DNA from: Eledone cirrhosa | Lineage: Eukaryota | DNA length: 64,000 bases | Reading direction: 5' to 3' | Assembly (NCBI GenBank): GCA_964016885.1 | Contig: OZ024742.1 | Coordinates: forward strand, 277,202,001 to 277,266,000 | In this document: positions 50,263 to 63,596 of the stretch, one piece after another | How positions within the stretch are numbered: the stretch's first letter is position 1 | Layout: each line of letters starts with the position of its first letter | The notes under the pieces: model-generated | What the model was told of the DNA's origin: nothing | The model's database searches: none | What the model saw: only the letters and a program-made list of their open reading frames with translations | Program-made: the position numbers and the translations under genes

Positions 50263-51274
50263 GTACATATACTTTTTACCCATGAAAGAACAAAATTTTA
50301 GATTTTTACACACATTCTCTCTTAGTTGTTCAACATATCTTTCCATAACGATCGGTCAATTGTTAGCACTACACATGGCAACTACCATTTTCATCTGGCA
50401 TTCTAGCATATTTAATTCTTTCCATTTGACCATCGTCCCCTCTCTGGCAACTCAACAATCTCTCGTTTCGTTCATCTTCTCAAAAATATTAATTCATGTT
50501 TGCACACACAAAGCGAAACTCAAAGCCTGAACTCGAGCCAGCGCGGCTGGACCGAGGGGACGGCATGACAATCTTCCCATTCCGTGGCGGTAGGCCACAC
50601 GTCTCTCATGCTACACGATGTTGGACCTTCTCTAGCGGCAACATGGTGCGTTCGGCTGTCAGCTTAGGATCCGCTGTTTGCCACGCCGAAGATGGCAAAC
50701 TGTCCGGGAATCGGCCGCTTTCTGATATGTCTGTTGTAGAGCGAGTAGCAGTGGAGACTACCAGTGTTCTTGACCCCAGGACAACGGCCCCCGCTCATGG
50801 CCATCGGAGCTGAGTTGGTTGCGCAAAGCTGCAAGTCTCCCCCAGGTTGATTGGCTCTACCAGCTCGTCTCCGTCACCGTCCTCCGAGGCACTATATTCT
50901 TCATCCTGTCGGTATGAAGAGGTGCGGGGTAAGATAGTTTCCACCTAATATTTCTCTTCTGCTGCCTAGATATTTCTTCCTAGACATATGTTACCGAAAG
51001 TTTTCAGAGTAATCGAAAGCAACAGCTGATTTTTGATTTAATAAAAACGACAAAGACGATATCAACATCAGAGAATACATTTGGAAAGGTTGATTGGTGG
51101 TAAGTATTTCCGTTGGACATGCAAAATTATTGCCGACATATAATGTTGAAATATTGCACAAGTTTACTGATTAATGAAACAATGTTTCGACTATGACATC
51201 ATCACTATTTAAATTGTGATAAGGACGCTTACAAATTGTTAGAAGAAGCAAAGAATGGAGTAAAAGAATTAGAG

Positions 51275-51346
51275 TTCCCATGCCGGGAATCGAACCCGGG
51301 CCGCCTGGGTGAAAGCCAGGAATCCTAACCACTAGACCACATGGGA
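51275..51346 (-). tRNA. tRNA-Glu(TTC), unit 13
   Basis: Consensus. Confidence 0.95.
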
Positions 51347-51527
51347 AGCCATTTCTGGAATGAGGAAATAGTACACTTTTAAATGTGACGATATATTAAT
51401 AAACTGTAGAAACTTCTATATATTTATAGAAGCAGGCATAACATGACAAGTATGGCTTTAGTTCGTAGATAAATATCACTAGCGATTTCTTTAATACGTT
51501 GCTTTACTAAAGGTCACCACCTGTACG

Positions 51528-51599
51528 TCCTCGGTAGTATAGTGGTAAGTAACCCCGCCTGTCCCGCGGGAGACCGGGGTTCGATTCCCCGCCGGTGAG
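51528..51599 (+). pseudogene. tRNA-Asp(GTC), unit 13, diverged
   Basis: A37C, D-stem and acceptor-stem changes. Confidence 0.6.
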
Positions 51600-52613
51600 G
51601 TACATATACTTTTTACATATGAAAGAACAAATTTTTAGATTTTTACACACATTCTCTCTTAGATGTTCAACATATGTTTCCATAACGATCGGTCAATTGT
51701 TAACACTACACACGAAACTACCACTTTCATCTGGCATTCTAGCATATTTAATTCTTTCCATTTGACCATCGTCCCATCTCTGGCAACTCAACAATCTGTC
51801 GTTTCGTTCATCTTCTCAAAAATATTAATTCATGTTAGCACACACAAAGCTAAACTCAAAGCCTGAACTCGAGCCAGCGCGGCTTGACCGAGGGAAAGGC
51901 ATGACAAACTTCCCATTCCGTAGCGGTAGGCCACACGTCTCTCATGCTACACGATGTGGCACCTTCTCTAGCGGCAAGATGGTGCGTTCGGCTGCCAGCT
52001 TAGGATCCGCTGTTTGCCACGCCGAAGATGGCAAACTGCCCGAGTATCGGCCGCTTTCTGATATGTTTGTGGTAGAGCGAGTAGCAGTGGAGACTACCAG
52101 TGTTCTTGACCCCTAGACAACGGCCCCCGCTCATGGCCATCGGAGCTGAGTTGGGTGCGCGAAGCTGCAAGTCTCCCCCAGTTTGATTGGCTCACCCAGC
52201 TCGTCTCCGTCACCGTCTACCGTGGCAGTATATTCTTCATCCCGTCGGTACGAAGAGGTGCAGGGTAAGATAGTTTCCACCTCATATTTCTCTTCTGCTG
52301 CCTAGATATTTCTTCCTAGACATATGTTACCGAAAGTTTTCAGAGTAATCGAAAGCAACAGCTGATACTTGATTTCATAAAAACGACAACGACGATATCA
52401 ACATCAGAGAAGAATACATTTGGAAAGGTTGATTGGTGGTAAGTATTTCGGTTGGACATGCAAAATTGTTGCTGACATATAGTGTTGAAATATTGCACAA
52501 GTTTACTGATTAATGAAACAATGTTTCGACTATGACATCATCACTATTTAATTTGTGATAAGGACGCTTACAAATTGTTAGAAGAAGCAAAGAATGGAGT
52601 AAAACAATTAGAG

Positions 52614-52685
52614 TTCCCATGCCGGGAATCGAACCCGGGCCGCCTGGGTGAAAGCCAGGAATCCTAACCACTAGACCACATGGGA
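52614..52685 (-). tRNA. tRNA-Glu(TTC), unit 14
   Basis: Consensus. Confidence 0.95.
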
Positions 52686-52866
52686 AGTCATTGCTGAAAT
52701 GAAGAAATAGTACATTTTTAAATGTGACGATATATTAATAAACTGTAGAAACTTCTATATATTTATAGAAGCAGGCAAAACATGACAAGTATGGCTTTCG
52801 TTCGTAGATAAATATCACTAGCGATTTCTTCAATACGTTGCTTTACTAAAGTTCACACCCTATACA

Positions 52867-52938
52867 TCCTCGGTAGTATAGTGGTAAGTATCCCCGCCTG
52901 TCACGCGGGAGACCGGGGTTCGATTCCCCGCCGGGGAG
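52867..52938 (+). tRNA. tRNA-Asp(GTC), unit 14
   Basis: Consensus. Confidence 0.95.
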
Positions 52939-53950
52939 GTACATATACTTTTTACATATGAAAGAACAAATTTTTAGATTTTTACACACATTCTCTCTTA
53001 GATGTTCAATATATGTTTCCATAACGATCGGTCAATTGTTAGAACTACACATGGACACTACCATTTTCATCTGGCATTCTAGCATATTTAATTCTTTCCA
53101 TTTGACCATCGTCTCATCTCTGGCAACTCAACAATCTCTCGTTTCGTTCATCTTCTCAAAAATATTAATTCATGTTTGCACACACAAAGCTAAACTCAAA
53201 GCCTGAACTCGAGCCAGCGCGGCTGGATCGAGGGGACGGCATGACAATCTTCCCATTCCGTGGCGGTAGGCCACACGTCTCTCATGCTACACGATGTGGC
53301 ACCTTCTATAGCGGCAGCATGCTGCGTCCGGCTGCCAGCTTAGGAACCGCTATTTGCCACGCCGAATATGGCAAACTGTCCGGGAATCGGCCGCTTTCTG
53401 ATATGTCTGTTGTAGAGCGAGTAGCAGTGGAGACTACCAGTGTTCTTGAACCCTGGACAACGGCCCCTGATCATGGCCATCGGAGCTGAGTTGGTGGCGC
53501 GAAGCTGCAAGTCTCCCCCTGGTTGATTGGCTCTAACAGCTCGTCTCCATCACCGTCCTTCGAGGCACTATATTTTTCATCCTGTCGGTATGAAGAAGCG
53601 CAGGGTAAGATAGTTTCCACCTCATATTTCTCTTCTGCTGCCTAGATATTTCTTCCTAGATATAGGTAACCGAAAGTTTTCAGAGTAATCGAAAGCAACA
53701 GCTGATTTTTGATTTCATAAAAACGACAAAGACGATATCAACATAAGAGAATACATTTGGAAAGGTTGATTGGTGGTAAGTACTTCCGTTGGACATGCAA
53801 AATTGTTGCTGACATATAGTGTTGAAATATTGCACAAGTTTACTGATTAATGAAACAATGTTTCGATTATGACATCATCACTATTTAAATTGTGATAAGG
53901 TCGTTTACAAATTGTTAGAAAAAGCAAAGAATGGAGTAAAACAATTAGAG

Positions 53951-54022
53951 TTCCCATGCCGGGAATCGAACCCGGTCCGCCTGTGTGAAGGCCAGGAATC
54001 CTAACCACTAGACCACATGGGA
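53951..54022 (-). pseudogene. tRNA-Glu(TTC), unit 15, diverged
   Basis: U33C and anticodon-stem mismatch. Confidence 0.65.
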
Positions 54023-54203
54023 AGCCATTGCTGAAATGAGGAAATAGTACACTTTTAAATGTGACAATATATAATTAAACTGTAGAAACTTGTATATATT
54101 TACAGAAGCAGGCATAACATGACAGGCACGGTTTTCATTCATAGATAAATATCACTAGCGATTTCTTCAATACGTTGCTTTATTAAAGGTCACCACCTAT
54201 GCA

Positions 54204-54275
54204 TTCTCGGTAGTATAGTGATAAGTATCCCCGCCTGTCACGCGGGAGACCGGGGTTCGATTCCCCGCCGGGGAG
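54204..54275 (+). tRNA. tRNA-Asp(GTC), unit 15 variant
   Basis: C2T and D-loop GG>GA. Confidence 0.65.
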
Positions 54276-55289
54276 GTACATATACTTTTTATCTATGAAA
54301 GAACAAAATTTTAGATTTTTACACGCACACTCTCTCTTAGATCTTCAACATATCTTTCCATAACGATCTGTCAATTGTTAGCACTACACATGGCAACTAC
54401 CATTTTCATCTGGCATTCTAGCATATTTAATTCTTTCCATTTTACCGTCGTCCCATCTCTGGCAACTAAACAATCTCTAGTTTCGTTCATTTCAAAAATA
54501 TTAATTCATGTTTGCACACACAAAGCTAAACTCAAAGCCTCAGCTCGAGCCAGCGCGGCTGGACCGAGGGGACCGCATGACAATCTCCCCATTCCGTGAC
54601 GGTAGGCCACACGTCTCTCTTGCTACACGATGTGGCACCTTCTCTAGCGGCAGCATGCTGCGTCCGGCTGCCAGCTTAGTATCCGCTGTTTGCCTCGCCG
54701 AAGATGGCAAACTGTCCGAGTATCGGCCGCTTTCTTATATGTTTGTGGTAGAGCGAGTAGCAGTGGAGACTACCAGTGTTCTTGACGCCTAGACAACGGC
54801 CCCCGCTCATGGCCATCGGAGCTGAGTTGGGTGCGCGAAGTTGCAAGTCTCCCCCAGTTTGATTGGATCTACCAGCTCGTCTCCGTCACCGTCCTCCCAG
54901 GCAATATATTCTTCATCCTGTCGGTACGAAGAGGTGCAGGGTATGATAGTTTCCACCTCATATTTCTCTTCTGCTGCCTAGATATTTCTTCCTAGACATA
55001 TGTTACCGAAAGTTTTCAGAGTAATCGAAAGCAACAGCTGATTTTTGATTTCATAAAAACGACAACGACGATATCAACATAAGAGAAGAATACATTTGGA
55101 AAGGTTGATTGGTGGTAAGTATTTCCGTTGGACATGCAAAATTATTGCCGACGTATAGTGTTGAAATATTGCACAAGTTTTCTGATTAATGAAACAATGT
55201 TTCGATTATGACATCATCACTATTTAAATAGTGATAAGGACGGTTACAAATTGTTCAAAGAAGCAAAGAATGGAGTAAAACAATTAGAG

Positions 55290-55361
55290 TTCCCATGCCG
55301 GGAATCGAAACCGGGCCACCTGGGTGAAAGCCAGGAATCCTAACCACTAGACCACATGGGA
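55290..55361 (-). tRNA. tRNA-Glu(TTC), unit 16 variant
   Basis: B-box G53T, may be silent. Confidence 0.65.
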
Positions 55362-55542
55362 AGCCATTGCTGAAATGAGGAAATAGTACACTTTTAAATG
55401 TGACAATATATTAATAAACTGTAGAAACTTCTATATATTTAGAGAAGTAGGCATAACATGACAGGCACGGTTTTAATTCATAGATAAATATCACTAGCGA
55501 TTTCTTCAATACGTTGCTCTACTAAAGGTCACCACCTATACA

Positions 55543-55614
55543 TCCTCGGTAGTATAGTGGTAAGTATCCCCGCCTGTCACGCGGGAGACCGGGGTTCGAT
55601 TCCCCGCCGGGGAG
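55543..55614 (+). tRNA. tRNA-Asp(GTC), unit 16
   Basis: Consensus. Confidence 0.95.
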
Positions 55615-56608
55615 GTAAATATACTTTTTATCTATGAAAGAACAAAATTCTCTCTTAGATGTTCAACATATCTTTCCATAACGATCGGTCAATTGTTAGC
55701 ACTACACATGGCAACTACCATTTTCATCTGGCATTCTAGCATATTTAATTCTTTCCATTTTACCGTCGTCCCATCTCTGGCAACTAAACAATCTCTCGTT
55801 TCGTTCATCTCAAAAATATTAATTCATGTTTGCACACACAAAGCTAAACTCAAAGCCTCAGCTCGAGCCAGCGCGGCTGGACCGAGGGGACCGCATGACA
55901 ATCTCCCAAATTCCGTGACGGTAGGCCACACGTCTCTCTTGCTACACGATGTGGCACCTTCTCTAGCGGCAGCATGCTGCGTCCGGCTGCCAGCTTAGTA
56001 TCCGCTGTTTGCCATGCCGAAGATGGCAAACTGTCCGAGTATCGGCCGCTTTCTTATATGTTTGTGGTAGAGCGAGTAGCAGTGGAGACTACCAGTGTTC
56101 TTGACGCCTAGACAACGGCCCCCGCTCATGGCCATCGGAGCTGAGTTGGGTGAGCGAAGTTGCAAGTCTCCCCCAGTTTGATTGGCTCTACCAGCTCGTC
56201 TCCGTCACCGTCCTCCCAGGCAATATATTCTTCATCCTGTCGGTACGAAGAGGTGCAGGGTATGATAGTTTCCACCTCATATTTCTCTTCTGCTGCCTAG
56301 ATATTTCTTCCTAGACATATGTTACCGAAAGTTTTCAGAATAATCGAAAGCAACAGCTGATTTTTGATTTCATAAAAACGACAACGACGATATCAACATA
56401 AGAGAAGAATACATTTGGAAAGGTTGATTGGTGGTAAGTATTTCCGTTGGACATGCAAAATTATTGCCGACGTATAGTGTTGAAATATTGCACAAGTTTA
56501 CTGATTAATGAAACAATGTTTCGACTATTACATCATCACTATTTAAATTGTGATAAGGACGCTTACAAATTGTTAGAAGAAGCAAAGAATGGAGTAAAAC
56601 AATTAGAG

Positions 56609-56680
56609 TTCCCATGCTGGGAATAGAACCCGGGCCGCCTGGGTGAAAGCCAGGAATCCTAACCACTAGACCACATGGGA
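56609..56680 (-). tRNA. tRNA-Glu(TTC), unit 17 variant
   Basis: TTCGA>TTCTA and a T-stem mismatch. Confidence 0.6.
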
Positions 56681-56861
56681 AGCCATTGCTGAAATGAGGA
56701 AATAGTACACTTTTAAATGTGACAATATGTTAATAAACTGTAGACACTTCTATATATTTATAGAAGCAGGCATAACATGACAGGCACGGTTTTCATTCAT
56801 AGATAAATATCACTAGCGATTTCTTCAATACGTTGCTCTACTAAAGGTCACCACCTATACA

Positions 56862-56933
56862 TCCTCGGTAGTATAGTGGTAAGTATCCCCGCCTGTCACG
56901 CGGGAGACCGGGGTTCGATTCCCCGCCGGGGAG
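56862..56933 (+). tRNA. tRNA-Asp(GTC), unit 17
   Basis: Consensus. Confidence 0.95.
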
Positions 56934-57945
56934 GTACATATACTTTTTATCTATGAAAGAACAAAATTTTAGATTTTTACACACATTCTCTCTTAGATGT
57001 TCAACATATCTTTCCATAACGATCGGTCAATTGTTAGCACTACACATGGCAACTACCATTTTCATCTGGCATTCTAGCATATTTAATTCTTTCCATTTTA
57101 CCGTCGTCCCATCTCTGGCAACTAAACAATCTCTCGTTTCGTTCATCTCAAAAATATTAATTCATGTTTGCACACACAAAGCTAAACTCAAAGCCTCAGC
57201 TCGAGCCAGCGCGGCTGGACCGACGGGACCGCATGACAATCTCCCCATTCCGTGACGGTAGGCCACACGTCTCTCTTGCTACACGATGTGGCACCTTCTC
57301 TAGCGGCAGCATGCTGCGTCCGGCTGCCAGCTTAGGATCCGCTGTTTGCCATGCCGAAGATGGCAAACTGTCCGAGTATTGGCCGCTTTCTAATATGTTT
57401 GTGGTAGAGCGAGTAGCAGTGGAGACTACCAGTGTTCTTGACCCCTAGACAACGGCCCCCGCTCATGGCCATCGGAGCTGAGTTGGGTGAGCGAAGTTGC
57501 AAGTCTCCCCCAGTTTGATTGGCTCTACCAGCTCGTCTCCGTCACCGTCCTCCCAGGCAATATATTCTTCATCCTGTCGGTACGAAGAGGTGCAGGGTAT
57601 GAAAGTTTCCACCTCATATTTCTCTTCTGCTGCCTAGATATTTCTTCCTAGACATATGTTACCGAAAGTTTTCAGAGTAATCGAAAGCAACAGCTGATTT
57701 TTGATTTCATAAAAACGACAACGACGATATCAACATAAGAGAAGAATACATTTGGAAAGGTTGATTGGTGGTAAGTATTTCCGTTGGACATGCAAAATTA
57801 TTGCCGACGTATAGTGTTGAAATATTGCACAAGTTTTCTGATTAATGAAACAATGTTTCGATTATGACATCATCACTATTTAAATAGTGATAAGGACGCT
57901 TACAAATTGTTCAAAGAAGCAAAGAATGGAGTAAAACAATTAGAG

Positions 57946-58017
57946 TTCCCATGCCGGGAATCGAACCCGGGCCACCTGGGTGAAAGCCAGGAATCCTAAC
58001 CACTAGACCACATGGGA
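57946..58017 (-). tRNA. tRNA-Glu(TTC), unit 18
   Basis: One variable-loop C>T. Confidence 0.92.
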
Positions 58018-58198
58018 AGCCATTGCTGAAATGAGGAAATAGTACACTTTTAAATGTGACAATATATTAATAAACTGTAGAAACTTCAAAATATTTAGAC
58101 AAGCAGGCATAACATGACAGGCACGGTTTTCATTCATAGATAAATATCACTAGCGATTTCTTCAATACGTTGCTTTTCTAAAAGTCACCACCTATACA

Positions 58199-58270
58199 TC
58201 CTCGGTAGTATAGTGGTAAGTATCCCCGCCTGTCACGCGGGAGACCGGGGTTCGATTCCCCGCCGGGGAG
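58199..58270 (+). tRNA. tRNA-Asp(GTC), unit 18
   Basis: Consensus. Confidence 0.95.
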
Positions 58271-59281
58271 TACATACACTTTTTATCTATGAAAGAACAA
58301 AATTTTAGATTTTTACACACATTCTCTCTTAGATGTTCAACATATCTTTCCATAACGATCGGTCAATTGTTAGCACTACACATGGCAACTACCATTTTCA
58401 TCTGGCATTCTAGCATATTTAATTCTTTCCATTTTACCGTCGTCCCATCTCTGGCAACTAAACAATCTCTCGTTTCGTTCATCTCAAAAATATTAATTCA
58501 TGTTTGCACACACAAAGCTAAACTCAAAGCCTCAGCTCGAGCCAGCGCGGCTGGACCGAGGGGACCGCATGACAATCTCCCCATTCCGTGACGGTAGGCC
58601 ACACGTCTCTCTTGCTACACGATGTGGCACCTTCTCTAGCGGCAGCATGCTGCGTCCGGCTGCCAGCTTAGTATCCGCTGTTTGCCATGCCGAAGATGGC
58701 AAACTGTCCGAGTATCGGCCGCTTTCTTATATGTTTGTGGTAGAGCGAGTAGCAGTGGAGACTACCAGTGTTCTTGACGCCTAGACAACGGCCCCCGCTC
58801 ATGGCCATCGGAGCTGAGTTGGGTGCGCGAAGTTGCAAGTCTCCCCCAGTTTGATTGGCTCTACCAGCTCGTCTCCGTCACCGTCCTCCCAGGCAATATA
58901 TTCTTCATCCTGTCGGTACGAAGAGGTGCAGGGTATGATAGTTTCCACCTCATATTTCTCTTCTGCTGCCTAGATATTTCTTCCTAGACATATGTTACCG
59001 AAAGTTTTCAGAGTAATCGAAAGCAACAGCTGATTTTTGATTTCATAAAAACGACAACGACGATATCAACATAAGAGAAGAATACATTTGGAAAGGTTGA
59101 TTGGTGGTAAGTATTTCCGTTGGACATGCAAAATAATTGCCGACGTATAGTGTTGAAATATTGCACAAGTTTACTGATTAATGAAACAATGTTTCAACTA
59201 TTACATCATCACTATTTAAATTGTGATAAGGACGCTTACAAATTGTTAGAAGAAGCAAAGAATGGAGTAAAACAATTAGAG

Positions 59282-59353
59282 TTCCCATGCCGGGAATCGA
59301 ACCCGGGCCGCCTGGGTGAAAGCCAGGAATCCTAACCACTAGACCACATGGGA
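59282..59353 (-). tRNA. tRNA-Glu(TTC), unit 19
   Basis: Consensus. Confidence 0.95.
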
Positions 59354-59534
59354 AGCCATTGCTGAAATGAGGAAATAGTACACTTTTAAATGTGACAATA
59401 TATTAATAAACTGTAGAAACTTCTATATATTTAGAGAAGCAGGCATAACATGACAGACACGGTTTTCATTCATAGATAAATATCACTAGCGATTTCTTCA
59501 ATACGTTGCTTTACTAGAGGTCACCACCTATACA

Positions 59535-59606
59535 TCCTCGGTAGTATAGTGGTAAGTATCCCCGCCTGTCACGCGGGAGACCGGGGTTCGATTCCCCGCC
59601 GGGGAG
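59535..59606 (+). tRNA. tRNA-Asp(GTC), unit 19
   Basis: Consensus. Confidence 0.95.
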
Positions 59607-60617
59607 TACATACACTTTTTATCTATGAAAGAACAAAATTTTAGATTTTTACACACATTCTCTCTTAGATGTTCAACATATCTTTCCATAACGATCGGTC
59701 AATTGTTAGCACTACACATGGCAACTACCATTTTCATCTGGCATTCTAGCATATTTAATTCTTTCCATTTTACCGTCGTCCCATCTCTGGCAACTAAACA
59801 ATCTCTCGTTTCGTTCATCTCAAAAATATAAATTCATGTTTGCACACACAAAGCTAAACTCAAAGCCTCAGCTCGAGCCAGCGCGGCTGGACCGAGGGGA
59901 CGCCATGACAATCTCCCCATTCCGTGACGGTAGGCCACACGTCTCTCATGCTACACGATGTGGCACCTTCTCTAGCGGCAGCATGCTGCGTCCGGCTGCC
60001 AGCTTAGTATCCGCTGTTTGCCATGCCGAAGATGGCAAACTGTCCGAGTATCGGCCGCTTTCTTATATGTTTGTGGTAGAGCGAGTAGCAGTGGAGACTA
60101 CCAGTGTTCTTGACGCCTAGACAACGGCCCCCGCTCATGGCCATCGGAGCTGAGTTGGGTGCGCGAAGTTGCAAGTCTCCCCCAGTTTGATTGGCTCTAC
60201 CAGCTCGTCTCCGTCACCGTCCTCCCAGGCAATATATTCTTCATCATGTCGGTACGAAGAGGTGCAGGGTATGATAGTTTCCACCTCATATTTCTCTTCT
60301 GCTGCCTAGATATTTCTTCCTAGACCTATGTTACCGAAAGTTTTCAGAGTAATCGAATGCAACAGCTGATTTTTGATTTCATAAAAACGACAACGACGAT
60401 ATCAACATAAGAGAAGAATACATTTGGAAAGGTTGATTGGTGGTAAGTATTTCCGTTGGACATGCAAAATTATTGCCGACGTATAGTGTTGAAATATTGC
60501 ACAAGTTTTCTGATTAATGAAACAATGTTTCGATTATGACATCATCACTATTTAAATAGTGATAAGGACGCTTACAAATTGTTCAAAGAAGCAAAGAATG
60601 GAGTAAAACAATTAGAG

Positions 60618-60689
60618 TTCCCATGCCGGGAATCGAACCCGGGCCACCTGGGTGAAAGCCAGGAATCCTAACCACTAGACCACATGGGA
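60618..60689 (-). tRNA. tRNA-Glu(TTC), unit 20
   Basis: One variable-loop C>T. Confidence 0.92.
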
Positions 60690-60870
60690 AGCCATTGCTG
60701 AAATTAGGAAATAGTACACTTTTAAATGTGACAATATATTAATAAACTGTAGACACTTCTATATATTTATAGAAGCAGGCATAACATGACAGGCACGGTT
60801 TTCATTCATAGATAAATATCACTAGCGATTTCTTCAATACGTTGCTCTACTAAAGGTCACCACCTATACA

Positions 60871-60942
60871 TCCTCGGTAGTATAGTGGTAAGTATCCCCG
60901 CCTGTCACGCGGGAGACCGGGGTTCGATTCCCCGCCGGGGAG
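60871..60942 (+). tRNA. tRNA-Asp(GTC), unit 20
   Basis: Consensus. Confidence 0.95.
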
Positions 60943-61935
60943 GTAAATATACTTTTTATCTATGAAAGAACAAAATTCTCTCTTAGATGTTCAACATATC
61001 TTTCCATAACGATCGGTCAATTGTTAGCACTACACATGGCAACTACCATTTTCATCTGGCATTCTAGCATATTTAATTCTTTCCATTTTACCGTCGTCCC
61101 ATCTCTGGCAACTAAACAATCTCTCGTTTCGTTCATCTCAAAAATATTAATTCATGTTTGCACACACAAAGCTAAACTCAAAGCCTCAGCTCGAGCCAGC
61201 GCGGCTGGACCGAGGGGACCGCATGACAATCTCCCCATTCCGTGACGGTAGGCCACACGTCTCTCTTGCTACACGATGTGGCACCTTCTCTAGCGGCAGC
61301 ATGCTGCGTCCGGCTGCCAGCTTAGTATCCGCTGTTTGCCATGCCGAAGATGGCAAACTGTCCGAGTATCGGCCGCTTTCTTATATGTTTGTGGTAGAGC
61401 GAGTAGCAGTGGAGACTACCAGTGTTCTTGACGCCTAGACAACGGCCCCCGCTCATGGCCATCGGAGCTGAGTTGGGTGCGCGAAGTTGCAAGTCTCCCC
61501 CAGTTTGATTGGCTCTACCAGCTCGTCTCCGTCACCGTCCTCCCAGGCAATATATTCTTCATCCTGTCGGTACGAAGAGGTGCAGGGTATGATAGTTTCC
61601 ACCTCATATTTCTCTTCTGCTGCCTAGATATTTCTTCCTAGACATATGTTACCGAAAGTTTTCAGAGTAATCGAAAGCAACAGCTGATTTTTGATTTCAT
61701 AAAAACGACAACGACGATATCAACATAAGAGAAGAATACATTTGGAAAGGTTGATTGGTGGTAAGTATTTCCGTTGGACATGCAAAATAATTGCCGACGT
61801 ATAGTGTTGAAATATTGCACAAGTTTACTGATTAATGAAACAATGTTTCAACTATTACATCATCACTATTTAAATTGTGATAAGGACGCTTACAAATTGT
61901 TAGAAGAAGCAAAGAATGGAGTAAAACAATTAGAG

Positions 61936-62007
61936 TTCCCATGCCGGGAATCGAACCCGGGCCGCCTGGGTGAAAGCCAGGAATCCTAACCACTAGACCA
62001 CATGGGA
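61936..62007 (-). tRNA. tRNA-Glu(TTC), unit 21
   Basis: Consensus. Confidence 0.95.
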
Positions 62008-62188
62008 AGCCATTGCTGAAATGAGGAAATAGTACACTTTTAAATGTGACAATATATTAATAAACTGTAGAAACTTCTATATATTTAGAGAAGCAGGCAT
62101 AACATGACAGACACGGTTTTCATTCATAGATAAATATCACTAGCGATTTCTTCAATACGTTGCTTTACTAGAGGTCACCACCTATACA

Positions 62189-62260
62189 TCCTCGGTAGTA
62201 TAGTGGTAAGTATCCCCGCCTGTCACGCGGGAGACCGGGGTTCGATTCCCCGCCGGGGAG
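62189..62260 (+). tRNA. tRNA-Asp(GTC), unit 21
   Basis: Consensus. Confidence 0.95.
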
Positions 62261-63271
62261 TACATACACTTTTTATCTATGAAAGAACAAAATTTTAGAT
62301 TTTTACACACATTCTCTCTTAGATGTTCAACATATCTTTCCATAACGATCGGTCAATTGTTAGCACTACACATGGCAACTACCATTTTCATCTGGCATTC
62401 TAGCATATTTAATTCTTTCCATTTTACCGTCGTCCCATCTCTGGCAACTAAACAATCTCTCGTTTCGTTCATCTCAAAAATATAAATTCATGTTTGCACA
62501 CACAAAGCTAAACTCAAAGCCTCAGCTCGAGCCAGCGCGGCTGGACCGAGGGGACGCCATGACAATCTCCCCATTCCGTGACGGTAGGCCACACGTCTCT
62601 CATGCTACACGATGTGGCACCTTCTCTAGCGGCAGCATGCTGCGTCCGGCTGCCAGCTTAGTATCCGCTGTTTGCCATGCCGAAGATGGCAAACTGTCCG
62701 AGTATCGGCCGCTTTCTTATATGTTTGTGGTAGAGCGAGTAGCAGTGGAGACTACCAGTGTTCTTGACGCCTAGACAACGGCCCCCGCTCATGGCCATCG
62801 GAGCTGAGTTGGGTGCGCGAAGTTGCAAGTCTCCCCCAGTTTGATTGGCTCTACCAGCTCGTCTCCGTCACCGTCCTCCCAGGCAATATATTCTTCATCA
62901 TGTCGGTACGAAGAGGTGCAGGGTATGATAGTTTCCACCTCATATTTCTCTTCTGCTGCCTAGATATTTCTTCCTAGACCTATGTTACCGAAAGTTTTCA
63001 GAGTAATCGAATGCAACAGCTGATTTTTGATTTCATAAAAACGACAACGACGATATCAACATAAGAGAAGAATACATTTGGAAAGGTTGATTGGTGGTAA
63101 GTATTTCCGTTGGACATGCAAAATTATTGCCGACGTATAGTGTTGAAATATTGCACAAGTTTTCTGATTAATGAAACAATGTTTCGATTATGACATCATC
63201 ACTATTTAAATAGTGATAAGGACGCTTACAAATTGTTCAAAGAAGCAAAGAATGGAGTAAAACAATTAGAG

Positions 63272-63343
63272 TTCCCATGCCGGGAATCGAACCCGGGCCA
63301 CCTGGGTGAAAGCCAGGAATCCTAACCACTAGACCACATGGGA
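63272..63343 (-). tRNA. tRNA-Glu(TTC), unit 22
   Basis: One variable-loop C>T. Confidence 0.92.
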
Positions 63344-63524
63344 AGCCATTGCTGAAATTAGGAAATAGTACACTTTTAAATGTGACAATATATTAATAAA
63401 CTGTAGACACTTCTATATATTTATAGAAGCAGGCATAACATGACAGGCACGGTTTTCATTCATAGATAAATATCACTAGCGATTTCTTCAATACGTTGCT
63501 CTACTAAAGGTCACCACCTATACA

Positions 63525-63596
63525 TCCTCGGTAGTATAGTGGTAAGTATCCCCGCCTGTCACGCGGGAGACCGGGGTTCGATTCCCCGCCGGGGAG
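63525..63596 (+). tRNA. tRNA-Asp(GTC), unit 22
   Basis: Consensus. Confidence 0.95.
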
